NCBI GenBank assembly: GCA_949295915.1
Contig: CASFNB010000007.1
Span: 47,416-111,415, forward strand
Length of the DNA: 64,000 bases
DNA from: an uncultured Pseudomonadota bacterium
GTDB lineage: Bacteria; Pseudomonadota; Alphaproteobacteria; RF32; CAG-239
Direction: 5' to 3'
The notes under the pieces were generated by a model. The model had not been told where the DNA came from, did no database searches, and saw only the letters and a program-made list of their open reading frames with translations. How positions within the stretch are numbered: the first letter of the stretch is position 1; each line of letters starts with the position of its first letter. Position numbers and translations under genes: made by a program. Positions 18,365-26,540 of this stretch are shown here, piece after piece.

Positions 18365-19084
18365 ATGGAAAGTTTTGTTTTATCACGAAAAGATTGTCGT
18401 GCCATCTATTGGAAAATTTATTTTCTGATTGTGCAACTGGTTGCTGTTAACTTTGTTATTGCTTGGCTAATGACCTATGTCGATAATATCAGTATTTGGT
18501 TTGATGATTATACTCAAGAAAATGTACCTTGGGCTTTTACGCCGTTAGCTCATTTCTTGAGCCTTATGCCCTTTTTTCTGATGATTGTTTATACTTTTAG
18601 GCAAATCGGACATACTTTTAAAATGACATTCATCAACTTGCTTGTCATTTCTCTTGCTGTTTATACGCATAAGCACATGCTGAAACTAGGTTGGGAATTT
18701 ATTTTAGGTTATTATCTTGCAGCTTTAATTGCTATGGGAATTCTTATATTCTCCGCAACCTTACTCAAGATAAAATTAAAACCTAATTATAAAAGCGTCA
18801 GATTTGTATTGATACTTTTATGGACTTTATTCTTAATATCTTTGCTTATCAATGATACTTTAGCTTTTATTGTAAACTTGCTTATTAGCTTGTACGGATT
18901 ATGCTTGGTCTTTTTGGAAACGCAAAAATTTCGGTCTCGTTTAGTAAAAGTACGAACGCAACAACAGCTCGATAATCTGATGTATCCTTTCATCCTCAAT
19001 ATGATTGGAAATTTCTTCCTGATAAATTTTTATTTTGATACGGAAAAATTATTTATTAAATATTTCTCCGTTGATAGAGATTAA
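18365..19084 (+). CDS. polytopic membrane protein, tandem paralogue 3
   Basis: 239 aa, starting 3 nt after the previous stop. About 7 hydrophobic spans and a C-terminal VFLETQKF...ILNMIGNFFLINF. Confidence 0.4.
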   Translation: MESFVLSRKDCRAIYWKIYFLIVQLVAVNFVIAWLMTYVDNISIWFDDYTQENVPWAFTPLAHFLSLMPFFLMIVYTFRQIGHTFKMTFINLLVISLAVYTHKHMLKLGWEFILGYYLAALIAMGILIFSATLLKIKLKPNYKSVRFVLILLWTLFLISLLINDTLAFIVNLLISLYGLCLVFLETQKFRSRLVKVRTQQQLDNLMYPFILNMIGNFFLINFYFDTEKLFIKYFSVDRD

Positions 19085-19121
19085 TCAAAAAAGGCATCTT
19101 TTCTCAAGATGCCTTTTTTTG
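19085..19121. terminator. bidirectional terminator between the membrane paralogue 3 gene and valS
   Basis: AAGGCATCTT-ttctc-AAGATGCCTT, a perfect 10-bp stem with A/T flanks. Confidence 0.65.
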
Positions 19122-19136
19122 TTTTTATCTTTTGCC

Positions 19137-21740
19137 TTAGAAATTGGCTATTCCTGATTGTTCTATATTTAAAACTATATTAGAAACAGACAGCTCTTTA
19201 GCTTCAGTTAACGTAAGAGATGAATCTAATAAGCTACCGACATTCTCAATGTCTTTAATTCCTTGCATAATTTTATTCAATATCTCTTTAGGAGCAGATA
19301 TCTCAACTTTTTTCACTTCTGTTTTTTGAGATACATTTGCTTCTGTTTTAGCTTTTCTTATATAACTTGTTACTTCTGAAATATAATCATATAATTGACT
19401 ATCAATAGAACTTTCTTCAAATAAATTTTTATCAGGCCATTGATTTAAGTGGATTGAATTCTTTTCTCTCCCCCACGGCCTTACCTGATATATTTCCTCT
19501 GTTATAAATGGACAGAATGGCGCAAATACTTTTAAGAAAGTATCTATTGTATAAATTAAAGAAGCTACAGCAGAATTATCTTCTGAAGAATAGGCTCTTT
19601 TTTTGACAATTTCTAAATAATTATCACAAAAATCCCAAAATCTTTTTTCTATTACTTCTAATGCACCAGCATAATCATATGCTTCAAAATATTTACTGGC
19701 CTGTTTTACGCTCTCATTCATTTTTTGCTGCCATGATATATCTGTTGCCTCTGTTATATGCTTTATATAATTTTTATAGTCCTTAAACTGACTAACATCC
19801 ACTATATTAAAGACAAATTTACATGCATTAAAAATTTTGTTAATGAGCTTCTTTCCTTGAGCCATTACCTTTTCTTCAAATGCTGTATCGACACCTAATT
19901 TAGCTCTACTTGCCCAATATCTAACAGAATCCGCACCATAGTTATCTATTAGATGTTGTGGGGTTACAACATTTCCTTTAGACTTGGACATTTTTTTTCT
20001 ATCCGGATCTAAAATAAATCCACTTATTAGGATTTCATTCCAAGGAATAGTATTTTCATGCATTAAAGACTTAGCTATTGTATAAAAGGCCCAAGTCCTT
20101 ATAATATCATGTGCTTGAGGTCTGATATCAAATGGAAGCTTAATTGTTTTATTTTGATTATAGTTTAGAGCAATTTGCGGGGTAAGTGCAGATGTTGCCC
20201 ATGTATCCATTACATCTTTATCCCCCACAAAACCATTAGGCTTATTTCTTTGCGTTTCTTCATAGCCCTCAGGAACATCAGTCATTGGATCTACCGGTAA
20301 CTGTTCTATTTTTGCTATTATAGGCTGAGTATAATCAACTTTTCCATTTTCATCTATCTTATACCATACAGGAAATGGAACGCCAAAAAATCTTTGACGA
20401 GATATGCACCAATCTTGATTTAGCCCTTTTACCCATTCTTCATATCTGGTCTGCATATGTTGGGGTTTCCATTTAATTTTTCTACCGGCCTCTATTAATA
20501 AATCTTTTTTATCTTGAAGTTTTACGAACCATTGACGTGAAGTAACGAATTCAAGAGGGCGATTGCCTTTCTCGTAAAATTTAACCATATGTTTAATGGG
20601 GCGAGGTTCACATTTTAAACATCCTTCTTGTCGAAGCATACTAACAATTTTTTCTCGAGCCTGTTTTGCGCTCAAGCCAACTAATTGGCTATAAAACCTA
20701 TTGGCTTTTTCGGCATTTTTTGAAACAAATGGTTCTTGACCGAATGTTATATTCAATAGACACCCATCTAAACCTATAATTTGTTTTAAAGGTAATCCTG
20801 AGGCTTTCCACCATGCGACATCGGCAGCATCACCAAATGTACATACCATCATTATTCCAGTACCTTTATCCTTTTCCGCATGCTCTGAGGGGATTATTTC
20901 TACAGGCGTTTCAAATAACGGAACTATTGCTTTTTTTCCAAAAAATTTCTTATATCGTTCATCATCGGGATGTGCTACAATTGCAATACATGCCGGCAAA
21001 AATTCCGGTCTTGTGGTTGCAATAGTTATTGTTTCATCACTATCTTCTAGTTTGAAATTTATGTCATGGAAGAAACTTGATATTTCTTTATCTTCTATTT
21101 CTGCTTGAGCTACTGCTGACTGAAATGTCACATCCCACATTGTAGGGGATTCAACTGACTTGACTAATCCTTTATTATATAAATCAATAAAAGATGCTTG
21201 AGAAATTTTTATACTTTCAGGACTTATGGTTGTATATTTAATATTCCAATCATAAGAATGCCCAATATTTCTAAACACGTTTTCAAAGACACCTTCATCT
21301 GAAGCCGTCAAAAGTTCACATGCTTCTATAAAATTTTTACGAGATACTGACTTTTTAGGATTTTCGTCATTTTCTTTATGTTCAAACTGCATATTCTCTA
21401 CATAACTTAATGTCGGATCACATGTGATATTATAGTAATTTTGAACACGTCTTTCTGTAGGTAAACCATTATCATCCCACCCAATAGGATAGAAAACTGT
21501 TTTTCCTTTCATTCTTTGATACCGGGCAATAACGTCTGTTTGTGTATAACTAAATATATGTCCAATATGCAATGATCCTGAAACTGTTGGAGGAGGAGTA
21601 TCTATGACAAATGTTTCCTCTCTTGATCTATTATTATCATAAGCATATGTACCATTTTCTGACCAATATTTTTTGCATCTGGCTTCTATTGCCTGCAAAT
21701 CCATGCGATCATCAAGTTTTTTATTTTCTTTAAATTGCAT
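19137..21740 (-). CDS. valS: valyl-tRNA synthetase, actinobacterial/archaeal-like type
   Basis: 867 aa. TPPPTVSGSLHIGHIFSYTQTDVIARYQRMKGKTVFYPIGWDDNGLPTERRVQNYY, KMSKSKGNVV, and no long C-terminal coiled coil. Much more AT-rich than the flanking housekeeping genes. Confidence 0.93.
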   Translation of the reverse strand: MQFKENKKLDDRMDLQAIEARCKKYWSENGTYAYDNNRSREETFVIDTPPPTVSGSLHIGHIFSYTQTDVIARYQRMKGKTVFYPIGWDDNGLPTERRVQNYYNITCDPTLSYVENMQFEHKENDENPKKSVSRKNFIEACELLTASDEGVFENVFRNIGHSYDWNIKYTTISPESIKISQASFIDLYNKGLVKSVESPTMWDVTFQSAVAQAEIEDKEISSFFHDINFKLEDSDETITIATTRPEFLPACIAIVAHPDDERYKKFFGKKAIVPLFETPVEIIPSEHAEKDKGTGIMMVCTFGDAADVAWWKASGLPLKQIIGLDGCLLNITFGQEPFVSKNAEKANRFYSQLVGLSAKQAREKIVSMLRQEGCLKCEPRPIKHMVKFYEKGNRPLEFVTSRQWFVKLQDKKDLLIEAGRKIKWKPQHMQTRYEEWVKGLNQDWCISRQRFFGVPFPVWYKIDENGKVDYTQPIIAKIEQLPVDPMTDVPEGYEETQRNKPNGFVGDKDVMDTWATSALTPQIALNYNQNKTIKLPFDIRPQAHDIIRTWAFYTIAKSLMHENTIPWNEILISGFILDPDRKKMSKSKGNVVTPQHLIDNYGADSVRYWASRAKLGVDTAFEEKVMAQGKKLINKIFNACKFVFNIVDVSQFKDYKNYIKHITEATDISWQQKMNESVKQASKYFEAYDYAGALEVIEKRFWDFCDNYLEIVKKRAYSSEDNSAVASLIYTIDTFLKVFAPFCPFITEEIYQVRPWGREKNSIHLNQWPDKNLFEESSIDSQLYDYISEVTSYIRKAKTEANVSQKTEVKKVEISAPKEILNKIMQGIKDIENVGSLLDSSLTLTEAKELSVSNIVLNIEQSGIANF

Positions 21741-21834
21741 CTTTTATCTCCATTTAATTTTTTTTGTTATATTAAATCAGATTGAAAAAGTCAATATTTG
21801 CTCATTAATTTATTATTGTCTTCTAAAAAGAAAA

Positions 21835-21862
21835 TTGACAACTAAAAAAACACAACTATTAT
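21835..21862 (+). promoter_or_regulatory. candidate sigma70 promoter for the short peptide gene
   Basis: TTGACA (21835-21840), 16 nt, then TATTAT (21857-21862), about 35 nt upstream of the ATG at 21897. Confidence 0.4.
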
Positions 21863-21896
21863 TTTAATGTATAGTATTTTTTAGAAAGGATTATCT

Positions 21897-21983
21897 ATGT
21901 TAAAAGACTTTAAATTAACAAGACGCAAGCATGCTTATGCTCGCACAATGAAAGCTTCTGTTGACGCAGATTCTTATGAATAA
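21897..21983 (+). CDS. candidate RiPP precursor peptide (28 aa, no Cys)
   Basis: Hand-translated as MLKDFKLTRRKHAYARTMKASVDADSYE*. AAGGA RBS 6 nt upstream, its own promoter, followed by a strong hairpin and then an RRE-radical SAM-SPASM gene. Below the ORF-track length cutoff. Confidence 0.45.
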   Translation: MLKDFKLTRRKHAYARTMKASVDADSYE

Positions 21984-21995
21984 CCTAAACAAATA

Positions 21996-22031
21996 AGTAA
22001 AGGTATTGTTTTTTCAATACCTTTACTTTTT
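21996..22031 (+). terminator. strong intrinsic terminator/attenuator between the peptide gene and the maturase gene
   Basis: AGTAAAGGTATTG (21996-22008), a tttttt loop, CAATACCTTTACT (22015-22027), then TTTT. The 13-bp stem is perfect. Confidence 0.65.
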
Positions 22032-22171
22032 AGATAAAAAATAAGGAAAAATCTAATGGAATATCCTGTATTAATTGTTGTGTCCGTGGAGCATCAGGAG
22101 ATATATATTTACATAATTTCAAAACCGGAAAAGAATATTCGATAGAAAAGTTACATGCAAATATATTAAAT

Positions 22172-23482
22172 ATGTGTAATGGTTTGCATTCACTCGATGA
22201 TATATCATTATCTGTAAATATATCTGTATCTGAAATTCAAGATTTTCTGAATATATTTAAGAATGAAAATCTGCTTAAATATAATTCTTGTCCCAAACAA
22301 GAAATCAATCTACGTTGGAATAACAAAGCACCCTTTTTAAGAGAGGTTCACATTGATATTACGGGAGTTTGTAATTTATTTGGACGTTGTAAGCATTGTT
22401 ATGGACGACAAAATTTACAAAACAGTCATAGAGATGAATTGACCACTGATGAATTATTAACTCTTGTTAATCAAATGGGAGAAATGGGGGTTGCAGATTG
22501 TGTTATTTCAGGTGGTGAGCCTTTTTTAAGACCAGACCTTCCAAAAATTATTAAAGCTTTATCTGAAAATAATATCCATTTAATTGGTCTATTTACAAAT
22601 GGAACGAATTATCGAGAGGATGTTCTTAATGCATTAATTGATGCTCATTATAAAACATTTTTCTTTATCAGTTTAGATGGATATACAAAGGAAGTACATG
22701 AGTTTATGCGTGGTTCCAATACTTATGATAAAACTCTTGACTTTATTGATAAAATTAATCAGCTAGGTTTTCCCGTAATTATTAATACAATGGTTACAAA
22801 ACAAAATGTTAATTCCTTAATGGAATTCTGCCATTTTCTTGAAGGTAAAAATATTAACCGTTGGAGACTAACTGTTCCAAGAGAACAAGGTGAAGCTATT
22901 TTGCATAAAGATTTAATTATGCCTGAATGGAATGATGTTTTCGCATCTTATAAGCAATTGTTAGAATATTGCTTGGTAAAAAAATCAAAAATGAAAGTTC
23001 AAATTGGTTCTATTTTTAAATCAGAACTTTTAGAAGAACCGGAATATTATTTGTATAATGATGGCAATAGTTGTTGTGAATATAAACGTTGGTCCATTGT
23101 CGTTAAACCAAATGGAAATGTTACTCCTTGCACTGCTTTTGACAATTTGATTTTAGGTAATATTAAAAAAGAAAAATTATCTGATATTTGGTATTCTGAT
23201 GCGACACAAGCTGTTAAAAATTTTCCACTAAAACTTTCAGATTGTAAAGATTGTAAAATTAGACAATACTGCGGAGGCGGCTGCAGAAAAATGGCTTGGG
23301 AATTACATGGTAGTTTTTTTGCTAAAGATGATTATTCCTGTCCTCTTTATGAATTTGCAGCAGAAGTTGCTCAGCCCATTTTAGAAAGACACGGAATAAA
23401 AGCATTAAAATTAGAAAAACCACAAAAACATAATTATAACTATTCTAAAATAGATAGTTATATATTAAAAACTAATTGTTAA
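22172..23482 (+). CDS. radical SAM/SPASM-domain peptide maturase with an N-terminal PqqD-like RRE (the 5' end appears frameshifted; the reading frame is open back to 22034)
   Basis: GVCNLFGRCKHCYG cluster motif, GGEPFL, and a SPASM tail (CCEYKRWSIVVKPNGNVTPC...LGNI...CKDCKIRQYCGGGCRKMAW). The in-frame upstream extension ...NCCVRGASGDIYLHNFKTGKEYSIEKLHANILNMCNGLHSLDDI looks PqqD-like. Confidence 0.85.
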   Translation: MCNGLHSLDDISLSVNISVSEIQDFLNIFKNENLLKYNSCPKQEINLRWNNKAPFLREVHIDITGVCNLFGRCKHCYGRQNLQNSHRDELTTDELLTLVNQMGEMGVADCVISGGEPFLRPDLPKIIKALSENNIHLIGLFTNGTNYREDVLNALIDAHYKTFFFISLDGYTKEVHEFMRGSNTYDKTLDFIDKINQLGFPVIINTMVTKQNVNSLMEFCHFLEGKNINRWRLTVPREQGEAILHKDLIMPEWNDVFASYKQLLEYCLVKKSKMKVQIGSIFKSELLEEPEYYLYNDGNSCCEYKRWSIVVKPNGNVTPCTAFDNLILGNIKKEKLSDIWYSDATQAVKNFPLKLSDCKDCKIRQYCGGGCRKMAWELHGSFFAKDDYSCPLYEFAAEVAQPILERHGIKALKLEKPQKHNYNYSKIDSYILKTNC

Positions 23483-23600
23483 TTTATTCAAAAACATACC
23501 TGATTAATTTAAAGTTATCTTATAAACCGCAAAATGCCCTCAACAGAATTTAACCTGTTTGGGGGCAAAAAATTGCAGGTCGGCACACTATAAGGTCAAG

Positions 23601-24917
23601 CTATTTGCCGACCTTTGCCATCACTCGTTCAATTTCTTTCTGAACTGCGGCTTCAACAATAGTCGGTAAATTGGCTTCCAACCAAGCTCTGGTTTGAGCA
23701 TGAATTTCTTTTTGCGCATAAGCAACAATATCTACATTCTTGGCCATTTCCGCATTAACTGAAGAGGCTACAATGCCTTGGATTACACCTTCAACAACTT
23801 GTTCAATGGTCTTGTTAGCATTACCCATACCGGAAACAGCGGTGGAAATTTCGGGTGCGGGTTCTTCTGTTTTTTCCGAATGTTCTTGTGCTTGCTCGGC
23901 AAACATTTTGGCAAAATTGTTAATGATATCTGCCGAAACATCTGTTGCATCTTCTTTTTCTTTACCATTTTCTTCTATGGTTACATCTTCCTCAACCGGA
24001 ATTTCTACAATCTGTTCTTCCTGAATATTGTTATCAACCGATTGTTCTTCCGGCACTTCGGATGGCTCTTCTTCGGGAATTGATATTTCTTCCACTTCAC
24101 TGAACTCGGCTTCGGGAATCTCTTGCGGATCTTCATCAACAGCGGCTGGAATTTCGTTTATCTGACTAACGGAAGAAATATCTTCCGTTTTCTCTTCAAG
24201 AAAAGAATCGTCAAATTCGCTTTGCTGAATATCATCTTCCGCGGTTAAAATATTTTCCGCATCTGTTTGTTCTTCTGAAACAAAATCCATAAAACTATTA
24301 TTTTCTTGTTCAAAAATCGGATCCGAAGTAATATCTATATCCGAAACATCAAAAATATTATCCTCAATATTGTCGCTTCCGCTTTGTTCAATATTTTCAT
24401 TTGATGACATTTCGGAATCTTCAGACATTGCCTCTGAGGCTGATTGCAATATTTCATCTATGTTAAATGAAAAATCATCCTCAGGCATTTTTTCCGATTC
24501 AGAAGATGCCATAACATCCTCTTGAACAACAGATTTTTCATTATCTTCATCAAAAGCTTCATTTTTAAAATCGGGCAAAACCATATCATCGGGAGCTAAG
24601 AGAGGCTCATCTTCTTTCGGTGTTATATCAAAATCAGGACCGATTTCGTCCAGCTCAATTTTAGAATCGCCTTCTTGTGAGGCATCATCAACAATCATCG
24701 CTTTTGATAAATCAAAGACATCATCTTCCTTATTTGGTTCGACAGACTGAAACTCTGTCGGAACTGCAGGTGTAACATCCTCAGGTTCTGAAGGCATTGT
24801 TTCCGCTGTCGTTTTTTCTTGACCATCATTTTCTAGAATATCTTTGATTGAAGATAATATATCTTCCATGGACATATCATTCTGTTGTTCTTCGGGACTC
24901 ATTAATTTTTCCACCAA
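23601..24917 (-). CDS. popZ: PopZ-like polar organizing protein (DUF2497) with a greatly expanded acidic linker
   Basis: The N-terminal MSMEDILSSIKDILEND matches Caulobacter PopZ MEEILASIRRIISED. The C-terminal WLEANLPTIVEAAVQKEIERV matches WLDQNLPRIVETKVEEEVQRI. About 300 aa of D/E/S/P-rich low-complexity sequence lies between them. Confidence 0.65.
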   Translation of the reverse strand: MVEKLMSPEEQQNDMSMEDILSSIKDILENDGQEKTTAETMPSEPEDVTPAVPTEFQSVEPNKEDDVFDLSKAMIVDDASQEGDSKIELDEIGPDFDITPKEDEPLLAPDDMVLPDFKNEAFDEDNEKSVVQEDVMASSESEKMPEDDFSFNIDEILQSASEAMSEDSEMSSNENIEQSGSDNIEDNIFDVSDIDITSDPIFEQENNSFMDFVSEEQTDAENILTAEDDIQQSEFDDSFLEEKTEDISSVSQINEIPAAVDEDPQEIPEAEFSEVEEISIPEEEPSEVPEEQSVDNNIQEEQIVEIPVEEDVTIEENGKEKEDATDVSADIINNFAKMFAEQAQEHSEKTEEPAPEISTAVSGMGNANKTIEQVVEGVIQGIVASSVNAEMAKNVDIVAYAQKEIHAQTRAWLEANLPTIVEAAVQKEIERVMAKVGK

Positions 24918-24971
24918 TTTTAATTATTACCTGACATATAGCTTAACAAGTTTTTTTTATTATTCAACTCA

Positions 24972-26348
24972 TTAATCAACAGATATTGAGAACCATTTGC
25001 CTTTTGTGTCTTGATAATATTTATCGGCATCATACAAATCAACATCCAACTTCAAATCCGCTGCCGTTAATTTACCCATGGCAAGCAAAAGATTTAAGCT
25101 TGATACATAGTAGTTTCTTCTGGCTTTTACTTCTTCTACATTTGAGTTCAAAAGTTCTTGATAAGCATCCAACACATCCAAAATGGTGCGGTTTCCCAAA
25201 GCCTCTTCTTTTTGAACGCCGTCAAGAGCAATTTCATTGGCTTTAACTTGTTCTTTGATAGATTTGATTTTCGAATCGTTAGAGACCATATACTCCCATG
25301 CACTTGATACCAGAGATTTTACGGAACGTTCCGTTTCCAGTAATTTTTCTTGAGATTGCCATTTCAAATACTTACTTTGGCGAATTTCGGCTCTATTTTT
25401 GCCAGCTTCATACAACGGAACGGTCATATTTACTCCGACTTCAACACTATTATTTTTTATTTTAGCCTCATTGGCATCCATGTCATTTTCAACATTCATG
25501 GCTGACGCATCTAAAGAAACAGACGGCAGTAAGGCTCCCGTATTGTAGGAAACATTATAGTTTGCAGCGTCAAATGAATGTTGTGCCGTTTTTATGCTGT
25601 AATTATTTTCCAAGGCATAATTCATGGCTTCATCCATGCTTTTCGGCAACATTCCCGATATATCTTTCGGTTCGGTCAAATCTTCGGGTTCACTTCCTAT
25701 TACCTCTTTATAAACAGCCTTTGAGGCTGCCAATGTTCCTTCTGATGAAATTCTATCAGAAACAGCTTGTGCATGACGAGCTCTGGCCTGAGAAACGTCG
25801 GTTCTGGTCACCTCACCGACATTGAAACGCTGGATGGTTTCATCAAGACGTTTTTTCAGCAATTTTTCGTTATTCATCTGTAATTTTACGATTGCCTGAT
25901 TTTGTAAAACATCCATGTAGGCTGTTGCAGCATCCAAAAACACGGTTTGTTCAACACTATACAAATTATTTTGTTCTGCTTTAACCGAGCTATCGGCTTT
26001 CTTTACGGCATTTACGGTTTGGAATCCGTTAAATATCGGCTGTGACAATGTTGCTCCATAGCTGGTTGTGCTTCCGTCCGTATCTGCATCATCCAGAAGC
26101 GGATTTCCTCCGGGATTTTCCGTAGAACCGCTGGCTTGGCTGTATCCTGCAGTCAATGCTATACTTGGACGATATCCCGAACGAGCTATAGCTACATTTT
26201 CATCAACCGAGCGTAAATAAGCTCTTTGAGCTTGCAAAGTCGGATTAGATTTATATGTTTCACTTAAAGCTTCAAATATTGTTGTTGCCGACGCAGGCGT
26301 CGTTATGGCACTCGCCACAAGCAATCCTGCCACAAAAGTTTTTTTCAT
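24972..26348 (-). CDS. tolC: TolC-family outer membrane efflux protein
   Basis: Signal peptide MKKTFVAGLLVASAITTPASA (start at the ATG at 26348 with a GAGG RBS). Two repeated OEP halves (e.g. YRPSIALTAGYS and ALLPSVSLDAS). Confidence 0.85.
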   Translation of the reverse strand: MKKTFVAGLLVASAITTPASATTIFEALSETYKSNPTLQAQRAYLRSVDENVAIARSGYRPSIALTAGYSQASGSTENPGGNPLLDDADTDGSTTSYGATLSQPIFNGFQTVNAVKKADSSVKAEQNNLYSVEQTVFLDAATAYMDVLQNQAIVKLQMNNEKLLKKRLDETIQRFNVGEVTRTDVSQARARHAQAVSDRISSEGTLAASKAVYKEVIGSEPEDLTEPKDISGMLPKSMDEAMNYALENNYSIKTAQHSFDAANYNVSYNTGALLPSVSLDASAMNVENDMDANEAKIKNNSVEVGVNMTVPLYEAGKNRAEIRQSKYLKWQSQEKLLETERSVKSLVSSAWEYMVSNDSKIKSIKEQVKANEIALDGVQKEEALGNRTILDVLDAYQELLNSNVEEVKARRNYYVSSLNLLLAMGKLTAADLKLDVDLYDADKYYQDTKGKWFSISVD

Positions 26349-26540
26349 TAACGTTACCTCTAAAACTTGCATTCTAAATTGTTTTGATTATATGTTATTA
26401 TCATAATTTTGCAACGGATTTTATTAAAAAACCTATAACTATTTAACGATTATTTTTCTTAAATGTTTCATCTTATTAACCATATTTCAAACATTTTTTT
26501 CTATAACTTGGATAAGTCAGTATGTAAGCCATGGGAGGAA

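Noticed and set aside
22056-22145. The short ORF MEYPVLIVVSVEHQEIYIYIISKPEKNIR as a second precursor peptide
   Set aside because: Its first six codons fit the start of a PqqD-like RRE, and the adjacent frame continues the RRE. It is better explained as the out-of-frame 5' end of the maturase gene than as a separate peptide.
23740-24083. Several 60-100-aa ORFs on both strands inside the popZ acidic linker
   Set aside because: They are generated by the low-complexity GA/TC-rich coding sequence of the acidic linker. They have no start signals.
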